Origin: an uncultured delta proteobacterium
Lineage (GTDB): Bacteria > Desulfobacterota > Binatia > UBA9968
Length of the DNA stretch: 64,000 nucleotides
Direction of reading: 5' to 3'
Assembly (NCBI GenBank): GCA_963745835.1
Contig: CAVUZH010000014.1
Location: 256,001-320,000, forward strand
Shown here: positions 26,955 to 36,569 of the stretch, piece after piece
How the letters are laid out: the number at the start of each line of letters is the position of its first letter
Numbering within the stretch: position 1 is the stretch's first letter
The notes under the pieces: model-generated
Seen by the model: only the letters and a program-made list of their open reading frames with translations
What the model was told of the DNA's origin: nothing
Database searches by the model: none
Program-made: the position numbers and the translations under genes

Positions 26955-28244
26955 ATGGTACAGACTAACGCGAAAAATGAGCTCACGCTAGATATCGACG
27001 CGCTTTCATATGGCCCGTATGGAATCGGGCGCCATCAGGGAAAGGCAGTGATGATTCCCAAGACAGCGCCCGGCGATACCGTCGCCGCGCGTATTGTCGA
27101 AGCGAAGGAGCGATATTCGGTCGGCGAAATAGTCCGGATACTAAGGCCATCATCCCTGCGTCAGGAACCGCCCTGTCCGTATGTAGCTCAGTGCGGCGGC
27201 TGTCCCTGGCAGCACGTGGGCTACGAGAGCCAGCTAGGCGCAAAGCAGAAGAGTGTTGAAGACGCGCTGCGGCGCATCGGCAAACTCGAGGGATTCGAAC
27301 TCAAACCGATCATTGCTTCCCCGCTTACCTATAACTACCGGCGACGTATTCGCTTGCAACGGGATGGATCCAAACGTCTGGGCTTCTTTACTTCGTTTTC
27401 GCACCACATGATCGAGATTGACAGGTGTTTGATCGCCGATGACAAGCTCAATGGTCTCATAGAACAGTTGCGGCGGTGGAGCGAGGAGTTGATCACCGAT
27501 ATCGAGCATCTGGAGGTTGTCACCGGCGATCAACCGAACGAAATCGTCATCGTAGGGCAATCAGCAGGCGCGTTTAACTCGCGCGACAGGTCGACCTGCG
27601 GACGCTTGCTGGAAGAAAACCAGTTGATCAATGGCTTGATTGTGCGCGGGCGTGACTGGCGCCAAAGATGGGGAGAAGTGGCGGTATCAGTAATTCCTGA
27701 AGACGGCCTGTGCGTGCGAGTCGATGGCGACGTATTTACCCAAGTCAACAGCCAAGGCAATCGACAACTTCTCAAGGAACTGTTGGCGGCGGCCGATTTC
27801 AATCGCGACGATCGCGTGCTCGAGCTATACAGCGGCGCTGGGAATTTTACCCAGTCCATCGCCACGCGAGTCGGCAACGTCGTCGCGGTGGAAGGCTATC
27901 GTCCTGGCTTGGAAAGCGGCAAGCACAGCGCGGAAGCAAAAGGGATGACCAATATTCACTGGATCTGCTCGCCGGTTCCCGCCGCACTGGGGCAACTGAA
28001 AAAGCAGCGCCAGCGCTTCTCAAAAATCGTTCTCGACCCGCCGCGCAGTGGCGCCAAAGATCTGGAAGGCGACCTGGCTGCGCTCGGCGCCGAAAAGATC
28101 CTCTACATCTCATGTAACCCGACTACGCTCGCGCGCGATCTCGCCGCCCTGACCAAACAGGGGTACTCACTGGTAACTGTCCAGCCTGTCGATCTATTTC
28201 CACACACATTCCACGTCGAGGCCATTGCAGCGCTGGTGCGATAA
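26955..28244 (+). CDS. rlmD: 23S rRNA m5U methyltransferase RlmD/RumA
   Basis: TRAM domain, CPYVAQCGGC Fe-S motif, FTQVN, LELYSGAGNF, LDPPRSGA, YISCNPTTLARD, DLFPHTFHVE. Confidence 0.92.
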   Translation: MVQTNAKNELTLDIDALSYGPYGIGRHQGKAVMIPKTAPGDTVAARIVEAKERYSVGEIVRILRPSSLRQEPPCPYVAQCGGCPWQHVGYESQLGAKQKSVEDALRRIGKLEGFELKPIIASPLTYNYRRRIRLQRDGSKRLGFFTSFSHHMIEIDRCLIADDKLNGLIEQLRRWSEELITDIEHLEVVTGDQPNEIVIVGQSAGAFNSRDRSTCGRLLEENQLINGLIVRGRDWRQRWGEVAVSVIPEDGLCVRVDGDVFTQVNSQGNRQLLKELLAAADFNRDDRVLELYSGAGNFTQSIATRVGNVVAVEGYRPGLESGKHSAEAKGMTNIHWICSPVPAALGQLKKQRQRFSKIVLDPPRSGAKDLEGDLAALGAEKILYISCNPTTLARDLAALTKQGYSLVTVQPVDLFPHTFHVEAIAALVR

Positions 28245-28390
28245 ATCCGCCTGAAGTCCACATTGACAATCCGGACCTGCTCCATCTATTGTCGGTACGC
28301 CGTAGGTTGCGCAAACACTTACAAAGCTCACTAATCGGATATTGAGACCTAGAAGAAGCTGCGTTCTAACTACGTGTTGAGAGAAGCACC

Positions 28391-29383
28391 ATGATCGACT
28401 GCAAAAGTCTCTGTCACCGAATCGCATCTTTGCTCATCTTTGCACTGATTTCGACTGCTGGTCATCTTCATGCGGCCGACAAGCTCGTCGGTCTTCACTC
28501 CGCTCAAGTCATGTCCCAGTCGATGCCGTGGATCGCGCAGGAAGCCGGGCTATTCAAGAAATACGATGTCGACTTCCAACTGATCTTCATTTCGTCATCC
28601 GGAGTTGCGACCGCCGCAACCCTAGGCGGTGATGCGGAGATCGCATTGACCGGCGGCATCGGCAATGTGCGCGCATACGTTCAAGGCGCCACCGATATCG
28701 TCTTTATCGGAGGCGTGAAAAACATCTTGACTCATAGTCTCCTCGGCAAAGCCGACATCAAACGACCGGAAGATCTCAAAGGTAAGAGGGTAGGCGTTGG
28801 CCGCATCGGCAGCAATACGCATTATTTCGTCGTCCAGGCGCTCAGGCGATTCGGCATGGACGCCAACAAGGATATTCAACCCATTCAAACCGGCGGCGGG
28901 CCGGAGACGCTGACGGCCCTGGTCAGCGGCGGCCTGGATGCGGCGGCGATGACGGCGCCTGCCGACGTTAGAGCGGTAGCGCAAGGCTATCGCTTCGTCA
29001 TCAATGGCCCCGAACTGCGCATTCCTTATGCGGCAACATCCTTCGTGACCCTGCGCTCCTTGCTCAACAAACGTGGCCCGGTGTTTGGACGATTCATGCG
29101 CGTGATGGCAGAGGCATCGAGAATCCTGCATACCGACAAACCGTTTGTTTACAAAGTGCTCGGCAAATATCTACGCGTTAGCGACACCAAGATTCTCGAT
29201 GCTTCTTATCAGTCAGAGATCGCGGCCCTAGAGCAGCGTCTGGAAATCCGCGAGTCAGCGCTGCAAGCAACCTTGGATGAAATAGCCCAGAGCGATCCGC
29301 GCGCCAAATCGGTTAAGCCGCAGGAACTGATCGACCGCAGATATTTGATCGAACTGGAGAAGAGTGGTGTATTTGGAAAATAA
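28391..29383 (+). CDS. ABC-type substrate-binding protein, NMT1/TauA-like
   Basis: Signal peptide; PWIAQEAGLFKKYDVD; EDLKGKRVGV; LIDRRYL. Confidence 0.85.
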   Translation: MIDCKSLCHRIASLLIFALISTAGHLHAADKLVGLHSAQVMSQSMPWIAQEAGLFKKYDVDFQLIFISSSGVATAATLGGDAEIALTGGIGNVRAYVQGATDIVFIGGVKNILTHSLLGKADIKRPEDLKGKRVGVGRIGSNTHYFVVQALRRFGMDANKDIQPIQTGGGPETLTALVSGGLDAAAMTAPADVRAVAQGYRFVINGPELRIPYAATSFVTLRSLLNKRGPVFGRFMRVMAEASRILHTDKPFVYKVLGKYLRVSDTKILDASYQSEIAALEQRLEIRESALQATLDEIAQSDPRAKSVKPQELIDRRYLIELEKSGVFGK

Positions 29384-29427
29384 GCGGAGGCGATCAACCA
29401 ACGGCATAAGGCGAGAAAGAAATAGCA

Positions 29428-30423
29428 ATGCAAAACCAAGCCATCGACATTCATCATCACTATGTGCCGAAACAGCTGATCGAAGAAACCAAGCGTCACG
29501 GCAAAGCGCTCGGAGTCGACATCACTGAAGACAAGGGCAGCCACGCTCTTTCCTTTGCCGGCAGCAAACCACATAGATTGCAGCCGGCATTAATGGATGT
29601 CGAACGACGGATTGAAATCATGGACGAGGGCCAGGTTGAGCTTGCGACCCTGGAAGCCAATACAAACAGCCTTGGCTACCGGCTCACCGGCGAGCATGGG
29701 GAAACTTGGTGCAGACTTTACAACGACTGCATGCACGATTTAGTCACACAAGAACCCGACCGCTTTGCCGGCATGGCCACCGTTCCGCTCCAGGATGCGG
29801 CGCGGGCAGCCAAGGTGCTGGAGCATTCCATTATAGATATGAAATTCCGCGGCGCCTTTATCGGCACCAACGTCAATGGCCAATACTACAACACCAAAGG
29901 GTTCGATCCGTTTTGGGCTAAAGCACAGGAACTCGACGTGATGATTGTGATGCACCCGGAGCACATCGCCGGAGCCGAGCGAATGGGCGCTTTCGGGTTA
30001 AACGCCGTGTGCGGCAATCCAGCCGACTCGACGCTATCCCTTGGCTATATGTTGTACAGCGGCTTGTTCGATCGTTTTCCTGATTTAAAATTATGCGCTC
30101 TCCACGGCGGCGGCTTTTTGCCGTACCATCTCGGTCGCTTCGACAAAGAATTCGTGACCGGCCAAAATGTTCGGCCGGCGCAATCGGCCAAGCCGCCCAG
30201 CGCTTATTTAAAGAACCTCTATTTCGACACGCTGGTATACGACGTCGATACCCTGGAATACCTGAGATCCAAAGTCGGCAACGACCGTCTCATGGTCGGG
30301 ACCGACTATCCGTATACGCTCGGCGATTGGCTCGCGGTGGAGAAGGTGCAAGCCTTGAGTTGCTCCGAATCCGACAAAGACGCTATCTTGCAGGGCAACG
30401 CGCGGCGGCTACTGAAATTATAG
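29428..30423 (+). CDS. Amidohydrolase family, ACMSD/aromatic decarboxylase-like
   Basis: IDIHHHY, MATVPLQD, VMHP, FDRFPDLKLCALHGGGFLPY, YFDT, GTDYPY. Confidence 0.88.
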   Translation: MQNQAIDIHHHYVPKQLIEETKRHGKALGVDITEDKGSHALSFAGSKPHRLQPALMDVERRIEIMDEGQVELATLEANTNSLGYRLTGEHGETWCRLYNDCMHDLVTQEPDRFAGMATVPLQDAARAAKVLEHSIIDMKFRGAFIGTNVNGQYYNTKGFDPFWAKAQELDVMIVMHPEHIAGAERMGAFGLNAVCGNPADSTLSLGYMLYSGLFDRFPDLKLCALHGGGFLPYHLGRFDKEFVTGQNVRPAQSAKPPSAYLKNLYFDTLVYDVDTLEYLRSKVGNDRLMVGTDYPYTLGDWLAVEKVQALSCSESDKDAILQGNARRLLKL

Positions 30424-30429
30424 AAAATA

Positions 30430-30542
30430 CGTTCCAGCCGTTCCAATCGTTCCAGACGTTCCAACGTCGAATACCTGAATCCCTTCCTTGGTCCTTCCGT
30501 CTTAACGATTGGAACCATGGAACCGCTGGAACGATTGGAACG
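30430..30542. repeat. Two inverted arrays of a 9-nt CGTTCCARN unit between convergent genes
   Basis: CGTTCCAGC CGTTCCAAT CGTTCCAGA CGTTCCAAC (30430-65); the inverse ATTGGAACC ATGGAACC GCTGGAACG ATTGGAACG (30508-42). Confidence 0.8.
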
Positions 30543-30549
30543 GTCTTTC

Positions 30550-31545
30550 TTATCTGTATCGTTTTCCCATCTCTTCGAAGAATCCTTCCTTCTCGAGCTC
30601 CTGAAGAAATGTTAAATCAACAAAGTGCTCCGGTTTGGCGGTTTTCGCCTGGGGCACGTGCGGCGCCGACATGTCGATAAGATTCTGAATACCTTTCATC
30701 GTTGGATACGGCTTCTTCGGCGTTCTTTTCAGATAATGCTCATAGGAATAGTCGAGCACCTCCTGATCGCTGGTACGCATGTAGCGCGCGAGGGTTCTTA
30801 ACGTCGGTTCTTTGTTGGCAAAGACAAAGTAGATCCCCTCGACATAGGCCTTGAGCGCCGACTTGACGACTTCTCGATTGGCTTTGATGTAGCTGCGCGA
30901 GGTCGCCAACCCGCTACCCTGAACTTCAAATCCGATGTCGGCCATCTGGATGATTTCGACAAATCCCGCTTTCAAAGCTTGCGGCACTTCCGATGGGTTG
31001 AAGAAAGTCGCGTCGATACGTGCAGTGCTCATGGCGGCGAGACGCTCGGGGCCGGTGCCGGTGGGCACGAACACCACATCTTTGCTGGGTTCGAGATTGA
31101 ATTTTTTGAAAAGAATCAGCGCCGCGTTATGCGTGGCCGATCCGAAGCCGCTAATGCCGAATCTTTTGCCCTTGAGTTGTTCCATCCGCGTCATCGTTCC
31201 GGGGCGAGCGAAAACGCTTTGATCATAGGAGTTCTCCACCGAGCCTACGAGGACGATATCGTGGCCCTGCAAATTGGCGATGATGACGTTGCCGATCGTA
31301 ACCAGGGGTGGATCGCCGCCGGTGAGGGCCTGAATCGCTATCTGTCCGCCACGTAGAAATATCAGCTCGACATCGAGTCCATGCCTGCGAAAGATCCCTT
31401 CGTCTTTGGCCACCCAGAGCTGCGCCTGTCGCGAGCTGATCGAAGGATAACCGATGCGGATCTTAGGGATCGATTGAGCCTGAACGCCGGTCCAGAGAAT
31501 CAATTGAAGGAGCGCGCCAATCAAGATGATGAGCTTTAATTTCAT
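30550..31545 (-). CDS. ABC-type substrate-binding protein, NMT1/TauA-like
   Basis: Signal peptide; LWVAKDEGIFRRHGLDVEL; QLKGKRFGISGFGS; FVDLTFL. Confidence 0.85.
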   Translation of the reverse strand: MKLKLIILIGALLQLILWTGVQAQSIPKIRIGYPSISSRQAQLWVAKDEGIFRRHGLDVELIFLRGGQIAIQALTGGDPPLVTIGNVIIANLQGHDIVLVGSVENSYDQSVFARPGTMTRMEQLKGKRFGISGFGSATHNAALILFKKFNLEPSKDVVFVPTGTGPERLAAMSTARIDATFFNPSEVPQALKAGFVEIIQMADIGFEVQGSGLATSRSYIKANREVVKSALKAYVEGIYFVFANKEPTLRTLARYMRTSDQEVLDYSYEHYLKRTPKKPYPTMKGIQNLIDMSAPHVPQAKTAKPEHFVDLTFLQELEKEGFFEEMGKRYR

Positions 31546-31652
31546 GACTGTGTGCCATGTCCTTACGACAGCCTGGCATTCGCGTCAAGCGCGATGCATC
31601 GTATGTTGACAGGTCTGTTTACCGTGTGTTTACTTGCGGGGGAGGTTGCACC

Positions 31653-32612
31653 ATGGGAATAAAGCAGACAGTTTTATTGGCCGCTACTCTGTTCATCACC
31701 ATCGCCTCGCCGGTTTCGGCGCAGTTCAAAAAGGTTCGATTCTCCGTCAGCGCGGCCTCTATCGCCGAGGTGCCGTTTAGGATCGCTCATGTAAAAGGCT
31801 TCTATCGTGACGAAGGGCTCGATGTCGAAGTAATTATGATTCGCGGCGCGGTCGGCATGCAGGCGCTGCTCGGCGGCTCAGTCGATTATACATCTTCTTC
31901 GGGTTCGACCATTGCCGCCGCTGTGCGCGGAATTCCTGTCAAGCTCGTCTTCATTGCATCCGCCAAACCTCAATTCGATCTCGTGGTACAACCGCAGATT
32001 CGAACGATTCAGGATCTAAAAGGCAAAGTCGTCGGCATTTCGTCACGCGGCGGAGCGGTCGATCTGTTGATGCAATTGCTGCTGCAGAAAAACGGCCTCG
32101 CACCGAACAAAGACGTCACCACCATCGTGGTCGGCGCGCAGGAAGAAACGGTTCTCGCCCTCAGGGCCGGGCGTATCGCCGCTGGCCTGTTCACACCGCC
32201 GCGGCCATTGATCTTGCAGCGCGAGGGTTTCACCCGGCTCGCTTACAGCGGCGATTACATGCCGACCTATCCAAGCGGTGGAATCGGCGCGACTGACGAG
32301 AAAATCAAAACCAATCCGGCGGAGGTGCTTGCGTTCGTCAAAGGAAGCGTGCGCGGGCTGCACTTTGCCAGACAAAACCGCGCCGAGGCGATGAAAATTT
32401 TGAGCGATTATTTCAACATCAAAGACCAGGCGCTGGCGGAAGCGTTTTTTGAACTGTACTTGAGCCGGCTTCCAGCCGATGGCGGCGCCGATGAGGCCTG
32501 GATGAAAGGCGCCATCGACTTCACTCAGAAGAGCCTGGGCGATAGCGGAAAAGATATCTCTATCAATCAGGTTTTCGATTTCAGCTTCGTCAAGAAAGCG
32601 GCGCGACAGTGA
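31653..32612 (+). CDS. ABC-type substrate-binding protein, NMT1/TauA-like
   Basis: Start moved to ATG 31653 after GGAGG; KGFYRDEGLDVE; DLKGKVVGISSRG; VFDFSFV. Confidence 0.85.
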   Translation: MGIKQTVLLAATLFITIASPVSAQFKKVRFSVSAASIAEVPFRIAHVKGFYRDEGLDVEVIMIRGAVGMQALLGGSVDYTSSSGSTIAAAVRGIPVKLVFIASAKPQFDLVVQPQIRTIQDLKGKVVGISSRGGAVDLLMQLLLQKNGLAPNKDVTTIVVGAQEETVLALRAGRIAAGLFTPPRPLILQREGFTRLAYSGDYMPTYPSGGIGATDEKIKTNPAEVLAFVKGSVRGLHFARQNRAEAMKILSDYFNIKDQALAEAFFELYLSRLPADGGADEAWMKGAIDFTQKSLGDSGKDISINQVFDFSFVKKAARQ

Positions 32613-32633
32613 CACTATGACGAGCAAAATGCG

Positions 32634-34244
32634 ATGACCCATTATCCCGTGCTCATCGCCGGCGGCGGCCCCGTCGGCATAGCGCTGGCCATCGAATTGG
32701 GCTGGCGCGGCATCCCCTGCCTGGTGGTCGAGCAAAGCGACGGCACGGTCGAATTTCCGACCACCAATCTCGCCAACACCCGCACCTGCGAACACTTGCG
32801 GCGCTGGGGCATCGCTGATCGCATGCGCTTTGAGTCCGGCTATCCCACCGACTATCCGCGCAATTATGTGTTTGTCACGCGCATGGACGGCTTTGAAATC
32901 GCCCGCTTCGATCATCCGGGCAACGGCGCTCCGGAGTCGCGCTCGCCACATAGTCCCGAGGGAAGACTGTGGATTTCAAAACCCTACTTCGACCCGGTGC
33001 TGCATGCTCACGCGAACTCGCTGCCGCAAGTCGAGATTCGATACCAGACTTCTTTCGCATCGTTTGAACAAAACACGGGTGGAGTCTTAGCCGAAATCCT
33101 CGACCAGAAAACCGGACGCAAGGAAACCATCAGCGCGGATTATCTGGTCGGTTGCGATGGTGGGCGCAGCAATATCCGGCGCGCGCTGGATATAAAATAT
33201 CAAGGAGTTTTCTCACAGGGGATGAACGTCGCTGTATTGTTTCGATCGCCGCTATTGCACCACATCAAGTTTGGTCCGGCGGTGCAATATCAAATCATCA
33301 ATTCTCAAATCAACGGCGCCATCGCCGCAGTAGACGGCAAAGAGTTGTGGCGGCTAAACGTGCGCAACATCAAGCAGGAGGACCTGGAATCTTTCAATGC
33401 GCCGGAAAAACTCCGCTATGCCCTGGGCGAAAGTATTCCTTTCGAATTGCTTGCCGTGCGCCCCTGGACCGGTCATTGCGTGGTCGCTGAAAAATATCAA
33501 CACGGCCGGGTTTTTCTCGCCGGTGATGCGGCTCATCTCAACTGGCCGGCGGGCGGCTTCGGCATGAATACCGGTGTCGGCGATGCTGTCGATATCGGAT
33601 GGAAATTGGCGGCGGTGCTCCAAGGTTGGGGCGGCCCTCGTTTGCTCGACAGTTACACAGTGGAGCGCAAGCCCATCGCCATGATCAACGTCAACGAAGC
33701 TGCCGAGATGCGCGCCAGCTTCGACACCCAAACGCCTTTTTCGCCCAAGATTGGGGACGACAGCGATGAAGGAAAACAATTTCGCGAAAAAGCGCGGGCG
33801 GCAATTCTGCAAACCCGAGCCAAGGAATTTCAGCATGATTCAGCCGGCATCGAACTAGGCTACCGGTACGAAAACTCGCCGATTTGCGTTTCAGACAGCA
33901 CCGAGCCGCCGCCACTTGATCACGGTATGTATGTGCCATCGACTTGGCCGGGAGCGCGCGCGCCACACGTAAGGCTGCGGGACGGGCGCTCGACGCTCGA
34001 TCTGTTCGGCAAAGGTTTCACATTGATGAATCTGTCCGGCAGCGACAGCACGATTACCCTGACGGAGGCCGCGAGCCGGTTTCACTTGCCGCTTGTAACG
34101 CTCAAGATCGACGAACCTAAGGTGCGCGATATTTATGAGTGTAATTTAGTTTTGGTTCGTCCCGATGGTCATGTTGCATGGCGCGGCGATATATTGCCGG
34201 AGAACGCCGCGGCGATCATCGACCAGGTGCGCGGTGCAATTTAG
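32634..34244 (+). CDS. FAD-dependent aromatic-ring monooxygenase (PheA/TfdB-like)
   Basis: IAGGGPVG, YLVGCDGGRS, RVFLAGDAAH..PAGGFGMNTG, PGARAPH, LVRPDGHVAWR. Confidence 0.92.
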   Translation: MTHYPVLIAGGGPVGIALAIELGWRGIPCLVVEQSDGTVEFPTTNLANTRTCEHLRRWGIADRMRFESGYPTDYPRNYVFVTRMDGFEIARFDHPGNGAPESRSPHSPEGRLWISKPYFDPVLHAHANSLPQVEIRYQTSFASFEQNTGGVLAEILDQKTGRKETISADYLVGCDGGRSNIRRALDIKYQGVFSQGMNVAVLFRSPLLHHIKFGPAVQYQIINSQINGAIAAVDGKELWRLNVRNIKQEDLESFNAPEKLRYALGESIPFELLAVRPWTGHCVVAEKYQHGRVFLAGDAAHLNWPAGGFGMNTGVGDAVDIGWKLAAVLQGWGGPRLLDSYTVERKPIAMINVNEAAEMRASFDTQTPFSPKIGDDSDEGKQFREKARAAILQTRAKEFQHDSAGIELGYRYENSPICVSDSTEPPPLDHGMYVPSTWPGARAPHVRLRDGRSTLDLFGKGFTLMNLSGSDSTITLTEAASRFHLPLVTLKIDEPKVRDIYECNLVLVRPDGHVAWRGDILPENAAAIIDQVRGAI

Positions 34245-34253
34245 AAAGAAGAA

Positions 34254-35201
34254 ATGCTGAACAAACGTTTATTGCTTCTGACAACCCTTGTAGTGTCTTT
34301 AACTGCGAGCGCAGCCTTTGCCCAGCTCAAGAAGGTTCGCCTGGCGATCCCCACCGTTGATATCGTCACCTTGCCCTTGAAGATGGCGCAGGCGAAAGGG
34401 TTTTACCAAAAAGAGGGGTTGGAGGTGGAGATCATCTTGATAGCCGGCGCCTTGGGTGTTCGCGCCGTGCTTGGAAATTCGGTGGAATTCTCCACCGCGT
34501 CCGGATCGATTTTAGCCGCGGCGGCGCGCGGCGTACCGGTGAAACTGGTTTCCGTGATCACGGCCAAACCGACCTTTGATCTGATCTCCGAGCGGCAAAT
34601 TCAGAATTTTCAGCATCTTAAAGGAAAGCAGATCGGCATCTCCACCCGCGGCGGCACATTCGAGCACATCACCCGACTCATCCTCGAACGCAACGGATTA
34701 AGCCCGGACAAGGACGTCACTATTCTGGCGCTCGGCAGGCAGGATGATCTTCATCTCGCCCTTAAAACCGGTAGAATCTCGGCAGCGATCTACAGTCCGC
34801 CGCGCAGCCTTATGCTTTACCGAGATGGTTTTCACAAACTCGCCTTCTCGGGCGATTACTTGCCGCACTATCCCATCGGTGGCATCGGAGTCACGGACGA
34901 TTTAATCAAAAAGCGGCGCGGCGATATTCAAGCTTTCGTAATAGCCACTCTAAGAGGAATAGAATATTATCGCCAACATCGAAGTGATTCGATAAAATTT
35001 ATCGCCTCCGAGCTAAAAATGAGCGATGCATCTTTGGCCGAACAAATGTTCGACTGGCATCGCACCGTGCTTGCCGACGAGCGCCGTCCTAGCCAAGCGT
35101 GGATCAATGGCGTACTCGATTTCACCAGGAAAAGCCTGGAGCTAAGTAGTTCCATCTCGGCCGATCAGGTATTCGATTTCAGTTTTGTCGATACGAAATA
35201 G
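34254..35201 (+). CDS. ABC-type substrate-binding protein, paralog of 31653-32612
   Basis: AQLKKVR, KGFYQKEGLEVE, GVPVKLV, LAFSGDY, QVFDFSFV. Confidence 0.85.
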   Translation: MLNKRLLLLTTLVVSLTASAAFAQLKKVRLAIPTVDIVTLPLKMAQAKGFYQKEGLEVEIILIAGALGVRAVLGNSVEFSTASGSILAAAARGVPVKLVSVITAKPTFDLISERQIQNFQHLKGKQIGISTRGGTFEHITRLILERNGLSPDKDVTILALGRQDDLHLALKTGRISAAIYSPPRSLMLYRDGFHKLAFSGDYLPHYPIGGIGVTDDLIKKRRGDIQAFVIATLRGIEYYRQHRSDSIKFIASELKMSDASLAEQMFDWHRTVLADERRPSQAWINGVLDFTRKSLELSSSISADQVFDFSFVDTK

Positions 35202-35219
35202 TCGGTCTAAACCGGCTTT

Positions 35220-35249
35220 GTTCAAGGTTCAACGGTTCCACGTTCAACG
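35220..35249 (+). repeat. Degenerate GTTCAA tandem array in a 3' UTR
   Basis: GTTCAAG GTTCAAC GGTTCCAC GTTCAAC G, 18 nt after the stop at 35201. Confidence 0.6.
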
Positions 35250-35302
35250 TCAGAAACTCACTCGACGAGTATCGTGCTACGTGGGGTATAAATCAAAACC
35301 CC

Positions 35303-35363
35303 AAAAGATCTCAGAGCCGAGCGATGATCCCAACTCAGCATATGAATCTTTTTTAGCAACCTG
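35303..35363. repeat. Internally deleted, decayed copy of the ~120-bp palindromic repeat
   Basis: CAAAAGATCTCAGAGCCGAGCG resembles CAAAAGACCTCAGAGGCAAGGCG; ends ATCTTTTTTAGCAACCTG. Confidence 0.5.
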
Positions 35364-35376
35364 CCGAGGACAAAGC

Positions 35377-36504
35377 ATGAAGCACGGATATAAAGCGATG
35401 GATTCCGATATGCACGTCGTTGAGCCGTGCGATCTGTGGCAAGACTACATAGATAAAAAATTCGCCGATCGCGCGCCAATCGGTCTCAACCGGCATAAGC
35501 GAGATCTTGGCGTCCAAGTCGAAGGTAAGATCATGCCCCGCGCTCCGGAAAAGCCAATTCCTGCGCTGCGTCCGATCCGTGAAAAGATTCTAGCGCAGCG
35601 ATACCCTGAGGAAGAGGCGCGCAATTTCGATAACATCGCCCAATTGCGGGCGATGGATAAAGAGGGGCTCGATGTGGCAATTCTGTATCCCAGCCGAGGT
35701 TTGTTCGTGCTTGCGGTGGACGGTTTGGACCCCGAGTTGGCCACGGCCATTGCCAAAGCCTACAACGACTGGATGTCGGATTTCTGCCAAGTGGCGCCGC
35801 AACGAATGTATGGCGCCGCCATCGTCGCACCCCACGATGTCTCTTCGGCGGTCGAGGAAACTCGCCGCATAGTGAAAGAGCTGGGATTTAGAAGCATTCT
35901 CATGCGGCCCAATCATGTAAACGGCCGGAAGTGGAGCGATCCTTATTACGATCCGCTGTGGGCAGAGTGCCAGAGGCTGGCTATTCCCGTCGGCTTTCAT
36001 GAGGCGGGCCGGGTCTTCTTGCCGCAGCCCGCGTTGTCACAGTTCATCCCAAGCTTCACGATGTTCAACACACTATCATTTCCGATGGCCAACATGCTGG
36101 CTTGCGCGGACATGATTTACGGCGGGGTCATGGAACGTTTCCCCAGACTAAAAGTCGCGTTCCTCGAAGGAAACTGCTCCTGGATCCCATGGCTGTTATG
36201 GCGCATGGGCGAATATGCCGAGCTCACCGGCGCGGCCGAGCATCCAGAGCTCAAGCTCGAACCGCTAGAATATTTTCAACGCCAGTGTTGGGGTGCGGTG
36301 GAATGCGACGAAGTGACGGCAAAGAATCTTCCCGATTTCGGCTTGGAAGACAATATCGTTTTCTCAACCGATTATCCGCACCTCGACGTCAAGTATCCGC
36401 ACGCCGTGGAAACTTTCTTGAAGCTGCCGTTCAGCGATCAAACCAAACGGAAGTACCTATGGGAAAATTGCGCGCGGCTTTACGGATTCGATAACGACGG
36501 ATAA
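35377..36504 (+). CDS. Amidohydrolase-family protein (Amidohydro_2)
   Basis: MDSDMHVVEP, MDKEGLDVAILYPS, VGFHE, ERFPRLKVAFLE, FSTDYPH, ENCARLY. Start moved to ATG 35377. Confidence 0.88.
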   Translation: MKHGYKAMDSDMHVVEPCDLWQDYIDKKFADRAPIGLNRHKRDLGVQVEGKIMPRAPEKPIPALRPIREKILAQRYPEEEARNFDNIAQLRAMDKEGLDVAILYPSRGLFVLAVDGLDPELATAIAKAYNDWMSDFCQVAPQRMYGAAIVAPHDVSSAVEETRRIVKELGFRSILMRPNHVNGRKWSDPYYDPLWAECQRLAIPVGFHEAGRVFLPQPALSQFIPSFTMFNTLSFPMANMLACADMIYGGVMERFPRLKVAFLEGNCSWIPWLLWRMGEYAELTGAAEHPELKLEPLEYFQRQCWGAVECDEVTAKNLPDFGLEDNIVFSTDYPHLDVKYPHAVETFLKLPFSDQTKRKYLWENCARLYGFDNDG

Positions 36505-36569
36505 TTCTGATGGGAAAACAACTGTCAAGGCGCGCCATGTTTAGTAACATCCGGTTGTTTGAAGAACAG

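Noticed and set aside
30430-30542. Possible mini-CRISPR
   Set aside because: Units are 9 nt with no spacers, and there are no cas genes.
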